This document shows, one piece after another, positions 1 through 11,013 of a DNA stretch of 64,000 nt. The first letter of the stretch is position 1; each line of letters begins with the position of its first letter. The stretch comes from an uncultured bacterium (GTDB lineage Bacteria; Patescibacteriota; Minisyncoccia; Phycocordibacterales; GWA1-40-21). Both the position numbers and the translations under genes were made by a program. The stretch covers positions 128,144-192,143 of the forward strand of contig CAILDB010000014.1 in NCBI GenBank assembly GCA_903832855.1, given 5' to 3'. The notes below the pieces were generated by a model that did not search any database, was not told the DNA's origin, and saw only the letters and a program-made list of their open reading frames with translations.

Positions 1-2969
1 GTAATGTTCAAGCTGGTACATTGAATTCAACGATTTGGTCAGCACAAATTACTGATTCTATCAGAGCGATTAACCTTAAGAGCGTTGCTTTTAAAGTCAT
101 CGGTTCAATTCCATCAGGTGCACTTCAGAACATCAAACTTTATGTTTCCGGAATTCAAGTTGCTACAGCTAACGGAGTTGATGCAAATGGAATGATTACT
201 TTTGATCTTTCCGCAGCTCCATACAGAATTGACAGCAACAGAACTTTGGAAGTCAGAGCAGATGTTGTAAATGGTTCAGGAAGACAGTTTAGCGTTTCTC
301 TACAAAATGTTGCAGATCTTGCTGTCATTGACACAAGCTACAATGTAGGAGTTGCAGCTACAACAGGTATTCCAGCCGTTACAGGAACAATTACCATTTC
401 AAATGGTTCAGTGTCGGCCACTTTGGACTCAACATTGGGTTCACAGAACGTCGTCGCTGGTTCCACAAATGTTCCTTTGGCACGATACACATTGAAGGCA
501 TACGGTGAAGATCAGAAAATTTCTTATCTTGGTGCTGCAGTTACTACAGCCACCACAGCTTACAACATGGATAACGTAGCTATTTATGCTAACGGTATGC
601 AAGTTGGAAGCACACAGTCAGTTACAAATGGCGTAGCCAAAAGCTTCAGCTTAGGTTCAGCACTTATTATTCCAGCTGGTACTTCAGTTACCATTGAAAT
701 AAGAGGTGACCTTAAGGCAGCTAGTACAAACTTTGCCACAGGCACAACGGTTATCGCTAGCTTGTCGTACGGTACAGCCAACAACGCTCAGGGTTCATAT
801 TCTTCAACCTTAGCAAATGTTCCTTCTTCAGCTATCACAGGTCCTAGAATGACCGTATCTGGAGTTGGAGTTACTGTTGCAGTAAATGCAGCCGTAGCCA
901 ACTATTCAACTGTTGCAAATACATCAGCACAGAAGATTGGTTCATTCGTCATTCAAACAACTTCAGCAGAAGCTGCTAAAATTACACAGTTGACAGTTGC
1001 TCTTTCTGGAACTCTTCCAGCTACGACATCTATGTCAAACTTGTATCTCGCAGTCGCTGGACAAAACTCAACAACGCCTATTTCCCCAGCTACATCAAAT
1101 AACTTCTCAACCAACTTCACCATTCCAGCAAATAGCTCAACAGTCGTTGATGTCTATGCTGATATCGGTGCTCTTTATGGGACAACACCTATAACAAACA
1201 CAAACGCTTCGGCACAGACATTAACATCAGCAACAACAACTATTGGTATAGCAGGTAGTGGTACAGGTGCTTATGCTACCGGTACGGTTACAATTGCAAC
1301 TTCATCAGCAGCTGGTCTATGGTCATCTGTTGGTCAGGTCTACACCGTGACTATCAACGGTTTTGCATCCAACTATACAGTTGCTGCTCCCGTTGGTGTC
1401 TCTACATCCACAGCTATCGCTACTGGTTTGATTGATGCTATAAACATTAACTCAAATGTTAATGGAATTGTCACAGCATCAAACCTACCTGGTACAACAA
1501 CCGTGGTATTGATTACAGCCAAATCAACAGGAACTACACCGAATGCTTACGGCTTAGCCACATCACAGTCAGCCTCAACAACAGTCAACAATGCTACATT
1601 AGTTGGTGGTCTAAAGGCCGCAGTAAAACAAGTTGTCACAATTACACCAGCAAATGTTGAGGCAGGCGATACATTTACAGTGATAGTTGGAGGACTTTCA
1701 ACAACTTACACAGCTACCGCAGCTACAGTTGCTAACGTAACTGCAGGTTTGACAGCTGCTCTAAACGCAAGCACATCAGTAATCGCACTAGCTACTACAA
1801 CAGATACAGGTACAGCCATCACACTTACGGCTGGTTCTGCTGCTGTAGATACTCCTGCAATTACCGTATCAGCTGCTAATGGTACTCACGCAGGAACAAC
1901 AGGAGTATCCAACACAGCAATCACCACTCTTACAGCTACGGGTTATGGTGTAAACAGCAACGCTACAGTTAGTAGCATAGCAACAGGTCAAACAGTTACA
2001 GTCGGTGCCGGTACAGTTACTGGTCCTGTTCTTACAACTGCTACACCTGATTCACAATATGTCGTGGGAGGCACTTCATCAGTTATCGCTTATTACAACT
2101 TTATTGCTACCTATTCTTCAGCTACAATAGAGGAATTGTATTTCAGCGCAACTGGTACATCAGTTGATGTTACAGGTGATAACGCTATCACATCAATTAC
2201 TGCTGGAGGAGTTACTTCTCCAATAGTTTCAGGAGCAGTTTCTATCACAGGTCTTAACATCAATATTCCTACAGGATATGCTGGCTATAACCTTCCGGTT
2301 ACAGTTGCATTTAACACTGTTGGTATTGGAGGTGTTACATCAGATAAGACAATTGGTCTTGTCTTGAATGGCTTCAAGTATAAATCTGGAAATACAGAAT
2401 ATACAGTGGGAGCTGTTGGATTTAATTCCGCATCTGTCGCTATGCCATCTAATATGATGGATATCGTAGGTTCAAAACCAACAGTTGCAATCGCGAATCC
2501 TTCAACGGTAACAGCCGGTGCAGGAGGAAGTAATAAAGAGGTCGCTAGAGTCACAGTGTCAGCAGACGCAAAAGGAGACATTAAAGTTAATGCAATTCCT
2601 TTGTCTATGATTACTTCTGGTAATAGCACGGCTTCTTCAACCACCGTTTGGGTTAATAATTCTCAGATTACAACTGTAACTAACAATTTCCCTGCTCGTG
2701 ATATAGCTTCCACAACTGCAACTGCAGCTACAGGAACTGTTATGTTTGCAGGAGCTGGTTATAATATTCCTGCTGGTACTTCAGTAACATTTAGTATCCG
2801 CAGCACTATTGCCCTAGAAAATGACAGCACACAAAATGGTAATCTAAGAACAACTCTTGGATCCAAGTCATTGTTCTTGTGGTCAGATGTAAATGGAAAT
2901 ATTGCAAGCACAACAGGTGCCTATATCTTCAATTATCCAACCGACACAGCCGTTATCTCTGCTTATTAA
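1..2969 (+). CDS. Large Thr/Ala/Ser-rich surface (S-layer-like) protein, 5' truncated by the window edge
   Basis: 982+ aa ORF of repeated beta-rich modules, followed by a strong terminator. Confidence 0.75.
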   Translation, partial: NVQAGTLNSTIWSAQITDSIRAINLKSVAFKVIGSIPSGALQNIKLYVSGIQVATANGVDANGMITFDLSAAPYRIDSNRTLEVRADVVNGSGRQFSVSLQNVADLAVIDTSYNVGVAATTGIPAVTGTITISNGSVSATLDSTLGSQNVVAGSTNVPLARYTLKAYGEDQKISYLGAAVTTATTAYNMDNVAIYANGMQVGSTQSVTNGVAKSFSLGSALIIPAGTSVTIEIRGDLKAASTNFATGTTVIASLSYGTANNAQGSYSSTLANVPSSAITGPRMTVSGVGVTVAVNAAVANYSTVANTSAQKIGSFVIQTTSAEAAKITQLTVALSGTLPATTSMSNLYLAVAGQNSTTPISPATSNNFSTNFTIPANSSTVVDVYADIGALYGTTPITNTNASAQTLTSATTTIGIAGSGTGAYATGTVTIATSSAAGLWSSVGQVYTVTINGFASNYTVAAPVGVSTSTAIATGLIDAININSNVNGIVTASNLPGTTTVVLITAKSTGTTPNAYGLATSQSASTTVNNATLVGGLKAAVKQVVTITPANVEAGDTFTVIVGGLSTTYTATAATVANVTAGLTAALNASTSVIALATTTDTGTAITLTAGSAAVDTPAITVSAANGTHAGTTGVSNTAITTLTATGYGVNSNATVSSIATGQTVTVGAGTVTGPVLTTATPDSQYVVGGTSSVIAYYNFIATYSSATIEELYFSATGTSVDVTGDNAITSITAGGVTSPIVSGAVSITGLNINIPTGYAGYNLPVTVAFNTVGIGGVTSDKTIGLVLNGFKYKSGNTEYTVGAVGFNSASVAMPSNMMDIVGSKPTVAIANPSTVTAGAGGSNKEVARVTVSADAKGDIKVNAIPLSMITSGNSTASSTTVWVNNSQITTVTNNFPARDIASTTATAATGTVMFAGAGYNIPAGTSVTFSIRSTIALENDSTQNGNLRTTLGSKSLFLWSDVNGNIASTTGAYIFNYPTDTAVISAY

Positions 2970-3011
2970 ACCACTTGTGCTCAAGCGTCTTTAAAAACGT
3001 TTGAGGGTTTG

Positions 3012-3039
3012 CAAAAACCACCCGAAAGGGTGGTTTTTG
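3012..3039 (+). terminator. Intrinsic terminator
   Basis: CAAAAACCACCC-GAAA-GGGTGGTTTTTG. Confidence 0.85.
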
Positions 3040-3170
3040 TTTTGTCTTTTTCCCCTGTCATTCCGACGCAGGCTGGGGTGACAAAGTTATCCACAGCCCT
3101 AATTTATTTGCATTATTTTTTAATGTGATATAATACAAACATTAAAAGCTTCGTTTAATTCATTATCAAA

Positions 3171-4706
3171 ATGGACTCATCAATAAATTCGAAAAAAGAA
3201 AAAATTCTCACTTGGATAGTGGTGGTGGTAGTTATTTTGGTTTTGGGATTTTTGGCAAATAATTACAAAAACCAAATCAAAAATTTTTTTGGTTTTGCTA
3301 CAGTAATTAGTTCATTGGATAATGCCACGACAGAGGGGTGGCACATTCATGGTTATGCATGGGGAGAAAATACAGGTTGGATTGATTTCGGGACAACACT
3401 TGGTGCCACATATGTCAGTGATACAGCACTTTATGGGTCTGCATATGGAGAAAACATTGGCTGGATAGTACTTAATCCTACAGGTAACGGTGGAGTCTCA
3501 AATGACGGCGATGGGCATCTTTCAGGTTTTGCTTGGGGTGAAAATGTGGGCTGGGTTGATTTTGGAACAACCACAAATATAACAAGTAGAACATATGGGG
3601 TTAATATTGCTACCACAACGGGAGTATTTTCTGGGTATGCTTGGGGAGAAAATGTCGGATGGATTAATTTTACAAATGGAACTGCTAGTACTACTTGGGT
3701 TCCGGCAATTGCAAGAACTTGTGATGGAGGACTCGGTGGTACAATAGCAAACGGGGCCTCTCTGACTTATTATGAAACAGCCACTGTCCCCTTTACTAAA
3801 CATTGTACTTCAGAATCTAGGGTCTGTACTGATGGCTCTTTATCAGGAACTTATACTTATCCTACATGTATAGTGGGAACTAAAGCTAGCGGCTCAAAAC
3901 CTTTACAAACGACTAGCACTACTACAGTTGCAACCACAACTACTGATACCGGTGCTATTAAAGTTATTACTCCACCAACTGCCACCACGACAGGCGGACA
4001 AGGCGGAGACAAAGACACAGGCACTGGTGCTGCAGGTGGGCAAAATCTTCCACCTATAAAGACTGTTGAGATACCGGTTGTTGTTCCTGAGACGCTTACT
4101 CTCACAGATTTGCCAACTTTCGGTGGCACTTCTTCTGGTGCAGGCTCATTTACTTTTGTTTCTTCAATTGATTCATTCTTATTTGCTCCACTTCCGGATG
4201 CAATTACAAGTGTCTTGAAAAAGTCGCCAGACCTAAAGAATTATCTTGCTTCAGTTGGTTTTTCTAGGGTGCAAGATTTTGTATCACTTACCAGTAACTC
4301 AATTCCTTTACCTGCATCACAAAATTCTCCACTTGCAAATCTATTTACTGTAACAAAGGGGACTGCAACCTTAAAAACTTTCATAACCAATGATTCAAAT
4401 TACAATTTAGTTCAGCTTGTCCGCGTCGCACCAAACACACCTCTTACCATTTCCTTAATTCCAATAAATAAAAATGATGTGACGGGTAAGTGGAATGATA
4501 GGATGATTTCTTTCTCATCAAATATAAATAATAGTCAAGTCACATTTGACCTTATTTCTCCAAAAGTTTCCGGCAGATATTTCCTCGTTACTCCCGCCTC
4601 ACTTCTGCCTTTAGCTGTTGAAGTTATTGCCACGCCCACACAGTCCGCAACAGATACCAAGCCAGTGACTTGGTGGTCTATAGTATTGGGGTGGTTTGGT
4701 CGGTAG
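3171..4706 (+). CDS. Membrane-anchored surface protein with GxAWGENxGW repeats
   Basis: N-terminal TM, four G(Y/F/S)A(W/Y)GENxGW repeats, Cys module, Thr-rich linker. Confidence 0.75.
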   Translation: MDSSINSKKEKILTWIVVVVVILVLGFLANNYKNQIKNFFGFATVISSLDNATTEGWHIHGYAWGENTGWIDFGTTLGATYVSDTALYGSAYGENIGWIVLNPTGNGGVSNDGDGHLSGFAWGENVGWVDFGTTTNITSRTYGVNIATTTGVFSGYAWGENVGWINFTNGTASTTWVPAIARTCDGGLGGTIANGASLTYYETATVPFTKHCTSESRVCTDGSLSGTYTYPTCIVGTKASGSKPLQTTSTTTVATTTTDTGAIKVITPPTATTTGGQGGDKDTGTGAAGGQNLPPIKTVEIPVVVPETLTLTDLPTFGGTSSGAGSFTFVSSIDSFLFAPLPDAITSVLKKSPDLKNYLASVGFSRVQDFVSLTSNSIPLPASQNSPLANLFTVTKGTATLKTFITNDSNYNLVQLVRVAPNTPLTISLIPINKNDVTGKWNDRMISFSSNINNSQVTFDLISPKVSGRYFLVTPASLLPLAVEVIATPTQSATDTKPVTWWSIVLGWFGR

Positions 4707-4753
4707 TTTAATGATACAATATTATTATTATTAACATTTATTAAAAAAATTAT

Positions 4754-5140
4754 ATGATTACATTTCAGTCAGGAGTTCTAGATAGAACACGTTTGTTTTC
4801 TAACCTTCTTATGGTTATTTTAGTTGCCGGAAACATATTCTTTAGCATTCAATATACCGAAGGTATAAGGCAACAAAGTGCTGCACAAACAGAGAATACC
4901 ACTATCAGAATTCAAGCATCTAAGCTTCTTAAACTTTTTGTTGATGTGGTTCTAAATACCGAAGGCAAGGCGATTTCTTATGATGATCGTGTTGCACTTG
5001 AAAATGACGTCAGACAAATGAAAGATGCTGATATCATCAATGGGTGGAATACTTTTGTTGCAAGTGCGGATGCAAAGACTGCTCAGCAAAATGCAGTGAA
5101 GCTCATGAAGTTGCTTACAAACAAGTTGCTTTTGAATTAA
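4754..5140 (+). CDS. Hypothetical membrane protein
   Basis: 128 aa ORF with N-terminal TM. Confidence 0.7.
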   Translation: MITFQSGVLDRTRLFSNLLMVILVAGNIFFSIQYTEGIRQQSAAQTENTTIRIQASKLLKLFVDVVLNTEGKAISYDDRVALENDVRQMKDADIINGWNTFVASADAKTAQQNAVKLMKLLTNKLLLN

Positions 5141-5230
5141 AATATTGTATTTTATAGAACAAAAAATATCAAGGAAATTCCTTGATATTTTTTGTTGCAC
5201 GCATTTAATAAATTTGATAAAATATCTTGT

Positions 5231-6595
5231 ATGAAATGTTTTTTGAGAGCTTTTATTGCTCCCATATTTTTTTGTTTGTTTTTTACACTATATCCAAATT
5301 TTTCTTTTGCAGATACTTCTAAAATAATAAATATTGTTTTTACAGAAGATAGTGCTACAAGCGTGGCGGTAGGCGTTCCTTCCGAAAGTATTACGGTCCA
5401 AGCACAAAATATATTCGGGACCGGAGAAAAAATGGATATTTCTGGAGGAAAATTAACTTTAACCTCCTCTTCTCAATCTGGGGAATTTTCTGCATCACTT
5501 ACTAGCTGGGCAAAAATTATTGCGCCACTTACTGTGAATAGTAATTGGACAGGAAGGACTTTTTATTATAAAAATTCACAGGGTGGAATTGATACTTTGA
5601 CAGCTGTGCTTAATGTTGATGGTAAAACCTTTCCGGCAAGTCAAGCTATTAATGTTGGAGGAATTTCTCCTACATCCACAACTTCAAATGATAATGCTAC
5701 AACTAATGTCGAATCTCATACCGCCGTTGAAGAACTGACTACCTCTGAGGATGATTCCGTGACGACATTTACTGTGGGCGCTGGACGGGAAAGAGTAGCA
5801 TATGTGGGCTCACCAGTGATTTTTAAAGCAAATTATAAACAAACAAAAAGTTTGACGGGAAATAAAAAATTTAATTGGAACTTTGGAGACGGATATTCAG
5901 GAACTGGAGAAAATATATCTCATTCTTATAAACATTCTGGAGAATATGAAGTAGTTCTCAATGCATCAATAGGGGATTCGCATGGTTCTTCACGAACGAA
6001 AGTTACAGTTTTGGAGACAAATCTAGCGATGAGTATTTTATCAGATGAGTCTGTTTCTCTGGAAAATTTAGGAAAATATGAAGTAAATATCGGCGGATTT
6101 AGATTGAAATCATATTATAGAGATTACACTTTCCCGCAGGATACTATTATTGGTGTAGGAAAGAAAATTATTTTTGATAAAGATTGTACCAAACTTTCTG
6201 TAACCGGTAATATGGTTGAATTTTTAGATCCACAAAGTAAAGTGCTTTTGTCGTATATACCAGTAAAAGAACATCAGGAAGGGAATTTTGTTTTGGGTAC
6301 AACAACACAAAATATTTCTCTAGAAGATTCTGGGAAAAAAGATCTCGTCAGTGCAGAAGAAGTGGCTAAATTAGTAGAAGTTTTGACTTTAATAAATAAT
6401 GAAAAAGTTGTAAATAATACAGTACAAGCTTATCAGACGCCCAAAGATGAGCCATTAGTAATAGTGATTGCGTCTTCTTCTGATGAAAGTGCACCCCTTG
6501 TGCAAGAAAATAAAACTAGTTTTTGGTCAAAGGTTTTACATTTTCCAGCTACTATTTTCTATGGATTTTTTGGGGCTTTCTACCAGAACAATTAG
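5231..6595 (+). CDS. Secreted PKD-domain protein
   Basis: Signal peptide; WNFGDG...HSY PKD motif; lamin-tail-like segment. Confidence 0.75.
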   Translation: MKCFLRAFIAPIFFCLFFTLYPNFSFADTSKIINIVFTEDSATSVAVGVPSESITVQAQNIFGTGEKMDISGGKLTLTSSSQSGEFSASLTSWAKIIAPLTVNSNWTGRTFYYKNSQGGIDTLTAVLNVDGKTFPASQAINVGGISPTSTTSNDNATTNVESHTAVEELTTSEDDSVTTFTVGAGRERVAYVGSPVIFKANYKQTKSLTGNKKFNWNFGDGYSGTGENISHSYKHSGEYEVVLNASIGDSHGSSRTKVTVLETNLAMSILSDESVSLENLGKYEVNIGGFRLKSYYRDYTFPQDTIIGVGKKIIFDKDCTKLSVTGNMVEFLDPQSKVLLSYIPVKEHQEGNFVLGTTTQNISLEDSGKKDLVSAEEVAKLVEVLTLINNEKVVNNTVQAYQTPKDEPLVIVIASSSDESAPLVQENKTSFWSKVLHFPATIFYGFFGAFYQNN

Positions 6596-6611
6596 TGTTA
6601 TAATATGGTAA

Positions 6612-6740
6612 ATGCTAAACAGGTCATTCTTAAAGTTTTTTATTACTTTTGCACTTATTATCGGTTTTAGTATTTTAGTTACAGGTATTTTAAATTCATT
6701 AGATAAAAGTGATAGTCAAAATGCTTCGGTTAATAGGTGA
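6612..6740 (+). CDS. Small 42 aa single-TM protein (not in ORF track)
   Basis: MLNRSFLKFFITFALIIGFSILVTGILNSLDKSDSQNASVNR*, just downstream of TATAAT. Confidence 0.5.
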   Translation: MLNRSFLKFFITFALIIGFSILVTGILNSLDKSDSQNASVNR

Positions 6741-6820
6741 AGTTGACTTTATTTAGTAATTTGCTAGTATGTTATATCAAAGCTCATATGAGCTTGTTTA
6801 TTTTGTTTTAGTAAAATTTT

Positions 6821-7162
6821 ATGGCACGATCACTTAAAAAAGGCCCATATGTAGACGAAAGACTTCTAAAGAAAATAGAAGGCAAAAAACCTATCGAAAC
6901 TGGGGTTATTAAAACATGGTCAAGAGCAAGTCAGATTTCTCCTGAAATGATTGGTTTTAATTTTGGTGTTCACAATGGCAGACAGCACATTGAAGTTCTC
7001 GTTACAGAAGATATGGTTGGACACAGACTTGGAGAATTTTCTCTTACAAGAAAGTTTACAAGACATGGAGGAAAAATGCAGAAAGATTTGGATATTAAGG
7101 CTAAAGAAGCTGAAGTCGCTACAGCAAAATCCGCTAAAGCCACTACAGAAACTAAAAAATAA
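6821..7162 (+). CDS. rpsS: 30S ribosomal protein S19
   Basis: [12 protein letters not shown]...GHRLGEF. Confidence 0.97.
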   Translation: MARSLKKGPYVDERLLKKIEGKKPIETGVIKTWSRASQISPEMIGFNFGVHNGRQHIEVLVTEDMVGHRLGEFSLTRKFTRHGGKMQKDLDIKAKEAEVATAKSAKATTETKK

Positions 7163-7164
7163 TT

Positions 7165-7611
7165 ATGATTACCGCAAGATTAAATGATTATAGACAGTCC
7201 CCAAGAAAAGTTAGATTAATCGCTAACTTGGTCAAAGGGAAGAAAGTCCTAGATGCAAAAAATATTTTAACTTTTGCGGTCAAGAGAGCATCTAAGCCGG
7301 TTGCCGATCTTTTGGAGTCCGCTATTGCAAATGCCAAGAATAATTTTAGTTTGGAAAAAGAAACACTTTTCATAAAAAACATTACAGTAGATGAAGGCGT
7401 AGTTTTGAAAAGAAGAATGCCAAGAGCACGAGGTATGGCGTATCCTATAAAGAAGAGAAACAGCCATATTTTCATAGAGCTCGATACAGTAGAAAATATG
7501 CCAAAAACAAAAAGCCAAATTAAAAAAGAGGCCTATGTTAAAAAGGTTTCCGATAAAAAAACAAATAATCCCAGTAGTAAAGCAAAGCTTACTACGGGAC
7601 TAAAGAAATAA
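7165..7611 (+). CDS. rplV: 50S ribosomal protein L22
   Basis: SPRKVRLIA...PRARG; position in cluster. Confidence 0.96.
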   Translation: MITARLNDYRQSPRKVRLIANLVKGKKVLDAKNILTFAVKRASKPVADLLESAIANAKNNFSLEKETLFIKNITVDEGVVLKRRMPRARGMAYPIKKRNSHIFIELDTVENMPKTKSQIKKEAYVKKVSDKKTNNPSSKAKLTTGLKK

Positions 7612-7613
7612 TT

Positions 7614-8273
7614 ATGTCACACACAGTTCACCCATATTCACATAGACTAGGAATAATTAGAGGATGGAAATCCAGATGGTTTTCTGCTGGTAGTAATTAT
7701 CAGAAATTTTTGAAAGCAGACATCACACTTCGCGAATATTTAGAAAAGAAATTTAGAGGTATGTATGTTTCTGCTATTGAAATGGAAAGAAACGACAAAT
7801 CCTGCAGAATTATTATAAAAACATCAAGACCCGGAATTGTTATTGGTAGAAATGGAGAAGGAAGCGTAAAGATGAGACAAGACATTTTGAAATACGCAAA
7901 AAGAATGAAACTTTCTTTCCCAGAAGATTTTAAACTTGATATAGAAGAAGTGAAATCCCCAGAATCAAACGCGGCTATTGTTTCTCAAATGATTGCTGAA
8001 GGACTTGAGAAAAGAATGCCATTTAGAAGAGTTATGAAGCAAACTATTGAAAAGGTAATGGCTAACCGTGATGTTCAAGGTATTAGAGTTTATCTTGGCG
8101 GACGACTTGGCGGAGCTGAAATTGCAAGAAATGAGACTTTGAAAAAAGGTAGAATTCCACTTCAGACACTCAGAGCTGACATTGATTATTGTGCCGAAAA
8201 AGCTCATATGACATATGGAGATATTGGAATAAAGGTTTGGATATACAGAGGAGATATTTTCAATAAAAAATAA
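7614..8273 (+). CDS. rpsC: 30S ribosomal protein S3
   Basis: GRLGGAEIAR...PLQTLRADIDY. Confidence 0.97.
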   Translation: MSHTVHPYSHRLGIIRGWKSRWFSAGSNYQKFLKADITLREYLEKKFRGMYVSAIEMERNDKSCRIIIKTSRPGIVIGRNGEGSVKMRQDILKYAKRMKLSFPEDFKLDIEEVKSPESNAAIVSQMIAEGLEKRMPFRRVMKQTIEKVMANRDVQGIRVYLGGRLGGAEIARNETLKKGRIPLQTLRADIDYCAEKAHMTYGDIGIKVWIYRGDIFNKK

Positions 8274-8283
8274 TTTTAATACC

Positions 8284-8700
8284 ATGTTATTTCCTAAAAA
8301 AGTAAAATTTAGAAAGAGCCACACATTCAGAGAACACCCTGACAAAATTGGAGTGGCAACAAGAGGGACAAAAGTTTCTTTCGGTTCTTTTGGTTTGAAG
8401 GCAATGGAACCAGGAAGAGTTACCGCCAATCAAATAGAATCAGCCAGAAAAACAATTGCTCACTCAATGAGTAAGACAGGAAAACTTTGGACCAGAATTT
8501 TTCCAGACAAGCCATATACACAAAAGCCCGCCGAAGTTAAAATGGGAAAGGGTAAAGGAGATGTGCAGGGTTATGAAGTTGCAATCAAACCAGGCCGAGT
8601 TCTTTTTGAGGTTGATGGTGCAGATGAAGCTTCTGCTCGAGAAATGCTTCGCAAAGGCGGTACCAAACTTCCAATCAAAACCAGAGTAATGGCAAGATAA
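8284..8700 (+). CDS. rplP: 50S ribosomal protein L16
   Basis: [22 protein letters not shown]. Confidence 0.97.
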   Translation: MLFPKKVKFRKSHTFREHPDKIGVATRGTKVSFGSFGLKAMEPGRVTANQIESARKTIAHSMSKTGKLWTRIFPDKPYTQKPAEVKMGKGKGDVQGYEVAIKPGRVLFEVDGADEASAREMLRKGGTKLPIKTRVMAR

Positions 8701-8711
8701 AAAACAAAAAA

Positions 8712-8900
8712 ATGAAGGATTTAATTAAAAAAACAAAAATAGAACTTGAAGATACGCTTACCGAAAAGAGAGAAGCTCTTCGCAAATTTAGATTTGGTGT
8801 TTCCGGAAGCAAAATAAAAAATACAAAAGAAGGACATAATTTGAGAAAAGAAATCGCAAGAATTCTGACAGTAATAAGTGCTGGGCAATACAAAATTTAA
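8712..8900 (+). CDS. rpmC: 50S ribosomal protein L29
   Basis: LRKEIARILT; synteny. Confidence 0.92.
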   Translation: MKDLIKKTKIELEDTLTEKREALRKFRFGVSGSKIKNTKEGHNLRKEIARILTVISAGQYKI

Positions 8901-8905
8901 AAAAT

Positions 8906-9166
8906 ATGGAAAATACAATAGTAAAAAAGAATATCGGGAATGGTAAGATTTTGACTGGTAAAGTCGTTGCTACAAAGATGAAGGATACTATTACTGTATC
9001 TATCAGCTCTTACACAAAACATCCCAAGTATGGTAAGTTTATGAAAAGAGACAAAAAGTTTCTGGTTCATAGCCCAAACAATGTTCATATAGTTGGAGAA
9101 ACAATAGATATTGTTGAAACAAGACCAATTTCAAAAAACAAGCATTTTAAGGTTTTAGAAAAATAA
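8906..9166 (+). CDS. rpsQ: 30S ribosomal protein S17
   Basis: HPKYGK...ETRPISKNK. Confidence 0.96.
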   Translation: MENTIVKKNIGNGKILTGKVVATKMKDTITVSISSYTKHPKYGKFMKRDKKFLVHSPNNVHIVGETIDIVETRPISKNKHFKVLEK

Positions 9167-9170
9167 AAAT

Positions 9171-9542
9171 ATGATACAAGACCGAACAATAGTCCAAATA
9201 GCAGACAACTCTGGTGCCAAAATAGGCAGAATTTTCAAGGTGCTTGGAAGCTCAAAAAAGAGATGGGCACAGATCGGAGAAGTTGTGATTCTTTCTGTCC
9301 AAAAAGCCGAGCCCAGAAAAGCTGTCAAAAAGAAAGATGTGTTGTATGGAGTTGTGGTCAGACAAAGAAAACCACTAAAAAGAAAAGATGGTTCATACAT
9401 TAGATTTGATGAAAATGCAGTTGTGATTTTGGAAAAAGGCAAAATGGACCCTATCGCAGGCCGTGTTTTCGGTCCAATTCCAAGAGAGCTCGTTGAGCTT
9501 GGTTATCAGAAAATCGTTTCTTTAGCCGCAGAAATAGTTTAA
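9171..9542 (+). CDS. rplN: 50S ribosomal protein L14
   Basis: ADNSGAK...RFDENAVV. Confidence 0.97.
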   Translation: MIQDRTIVQIADNSGAKIGRIFKVLGSSKKRWAQIGEVVILSVQKAEPRKAVKKKDVLYGVVVRQRKPLKRKDGSYIRFDENAVVILEKGKMDPIAGRVFGPIPRELVELGYQKIVSLAAEIV

Positions 9543-9550
9543 ATATAAAT

Positions 9551-9856
9551 ATGAAATTAAAAGTAAAAAAAGGAGATAATATAATGGTGATGGCCGGAAA
9601 GGACAAAGGCAAGACAGGAAAGATTGTGAAAGCAATTCCTGCCGAAGGCCTTGTTGTCGTGGAGGGAATTAATATGCACAAGAAACATCAGAAAGCGACA
9701 AAATCCGGTTCCAAAGGTCAGACAATAGAAAAGGCGATGCCGATAGATGCTTCAAATGTGATGCTTATGGAAAACGGAAAAGCTGTGAGGTCTGCCAGAA
9801 AAATTATCGCTGGAAAGTCAGTCAGAGTAAGCAAAAAAACAGGTAAGGAAATATAA
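9551..9856 (+). CDS. rplX: 50S ribosomal protein L24
   Basis: KKGD...GKDKGKTG KOW motif. Confidence 0.96.
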   Translation: MKLKVKKGDNIMVMAGKDKGKTGKIVKAIPAEGLVVVEGINMHKKHQKATKSGSKGQTIEKAMPIDASNVMLMENGKAVRSARKIIAGKSVRVSKKTGKEI

Positions 9857-9864
9857 AAAATACC

Positions 9865-10425
9865 ATGAAATCAATTTCATTAAAAGAAAAACAGAATAAA
9901 GCATTTGAGGCACTCAAGGGGACGCTCTCTCTCAAAAACAAAATGCAGACACCAAAAGTCACAAAAGTTGTGGTGAATGTTGGCGTGGGCTCACTCAAAG
10001 ATAAAAATAAATTGAAAGTTATTGAAGATAGAATCCAGAGAATTACCGGACAGAAAGGAATGCAAAAAGGTGCCAAGCAATCCATTGCTTCATTTAAAGT
10101 AAGAGAAGGGGACATCGTCGGAGTTGCCGTCACACTTCGAGGTCAGAGAATGTTTGATTTTCTAGACAAGCTCGTCTATGTAGCATTTCCTAGAACAAAG
10201 GACTTTCGAGGTATTTCTAAAAGTGGTATAGACCAAATGGGAAATTTTAGCATTGGTATAAAAGAAAACTCTGTTTTTCCTGAATGTTCTGACGAAGATT
10301 TGAAAGATGTTTTTGGAATGTCGGTAACTGTGGTCACTACCGCAAAAGACAAAAAGACCGCCGAGACTTTTTTTGAATATTTAGGTTTTCCTTTTAAAAA
10401 AGAGGTGAAGGAGGTGGTTAAATAA
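9865..10425 (+). CDS. rplE: 50S ribosomal protein L5
   Basis: KVVVNVGVG...VTLRG...DFRG. Confidence 0.97.
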   Translation: MKSISLKEKQNKAFEALKGTLSLKNKMQTPKVTKVVVNVGVGSLKDKNKLKVIEDRIQRITGQKGMQKGAKQSIASFKVREGDIVGVAVTLRGQRMFDFLDKLVYVAFPRTKDFRGISKSGIDQMGNFSIGIKENSVFPECSDEDLKDVFGMSVTVVTTAKDKKTAETFFEYLGFPFKKEVKEVVK

Positions 10426-10433
10426 AATTTTAA

Positions 10434-10913
10434 GTGAAAAATACTAGAAGTTACATTCCTGACGGAATCTACAAAGACATAGTAGCTCATATGCCTGTTT
10501 CTACAGTTGATGTGGTTTTATTAAATAAAAAAAAGGACAAAACACTTCTTTTCAAGAGAAACAACGAACCAGTAAAAAATGTTTACTTTACTATTGGAGG
10601 CAGGATACTCAAAGGAGAAACTTTTTTACATTGTGCGGTTAGGCAAGCGAAACGCGAACTTGGTTTGAAAATTAATCCTAAAAAAACTTTTTTTGCTGGT
10701 GTAACACAGGACTTTCACAAAAACTCAGTTTTTAAAGGGGTTTCGTATCACGCCGTAGCTATTTTTTTCGCATATATTTTGGAAGATAAAAATATAAATA
10801 TAAAATTTGATACACAACACAGCGACTACAAATGGTTTTCTGTCAAAGATAAGACGCTACATCCACATATTAAAGAAAGAATCAGACAAACCTTGTTGGT
10901 CTTAGAAAAATAA
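10434..10913 (+). CDS. NUDIX hydrolase, GDP-mannose mannosyl hydrolase-like
   Basis: RNNEPVK...GGRILKGET...RELG variant NUDIX box; QHSDYKWF. Confidence 0.8.
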   Translation: MKNTRSYIPDGIYKDIVAHMPVSTVDVVLLNKKKDKTLLFKRNNEPVKNVYFTIGGRILKGETFLHCAVRQAKRELGLKINPKKTFFAGVTQDFHKNSVFKGVSYHAVAIFFAYILEDKNINIKFDTQHSDYKWFSVKDKTLHPHIKERIRQTLLVLEK

Positions 10914-11013
10914 AAAGGATTACGGGCCAGGATTTTCTGTTGACTTCTCCTTTGCTTCTTGCTAATATAGCCAAACGAGCTTTTTACGGCTTCGTTTTAA
11001 TTTTATAATCAAA

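Noticed and set aside
3087-3095. TTATCCACA DnaA box (also at about 63325) as replication origin
   Set aside because: Isolated single boxes with no cluster or dnaA nearby.
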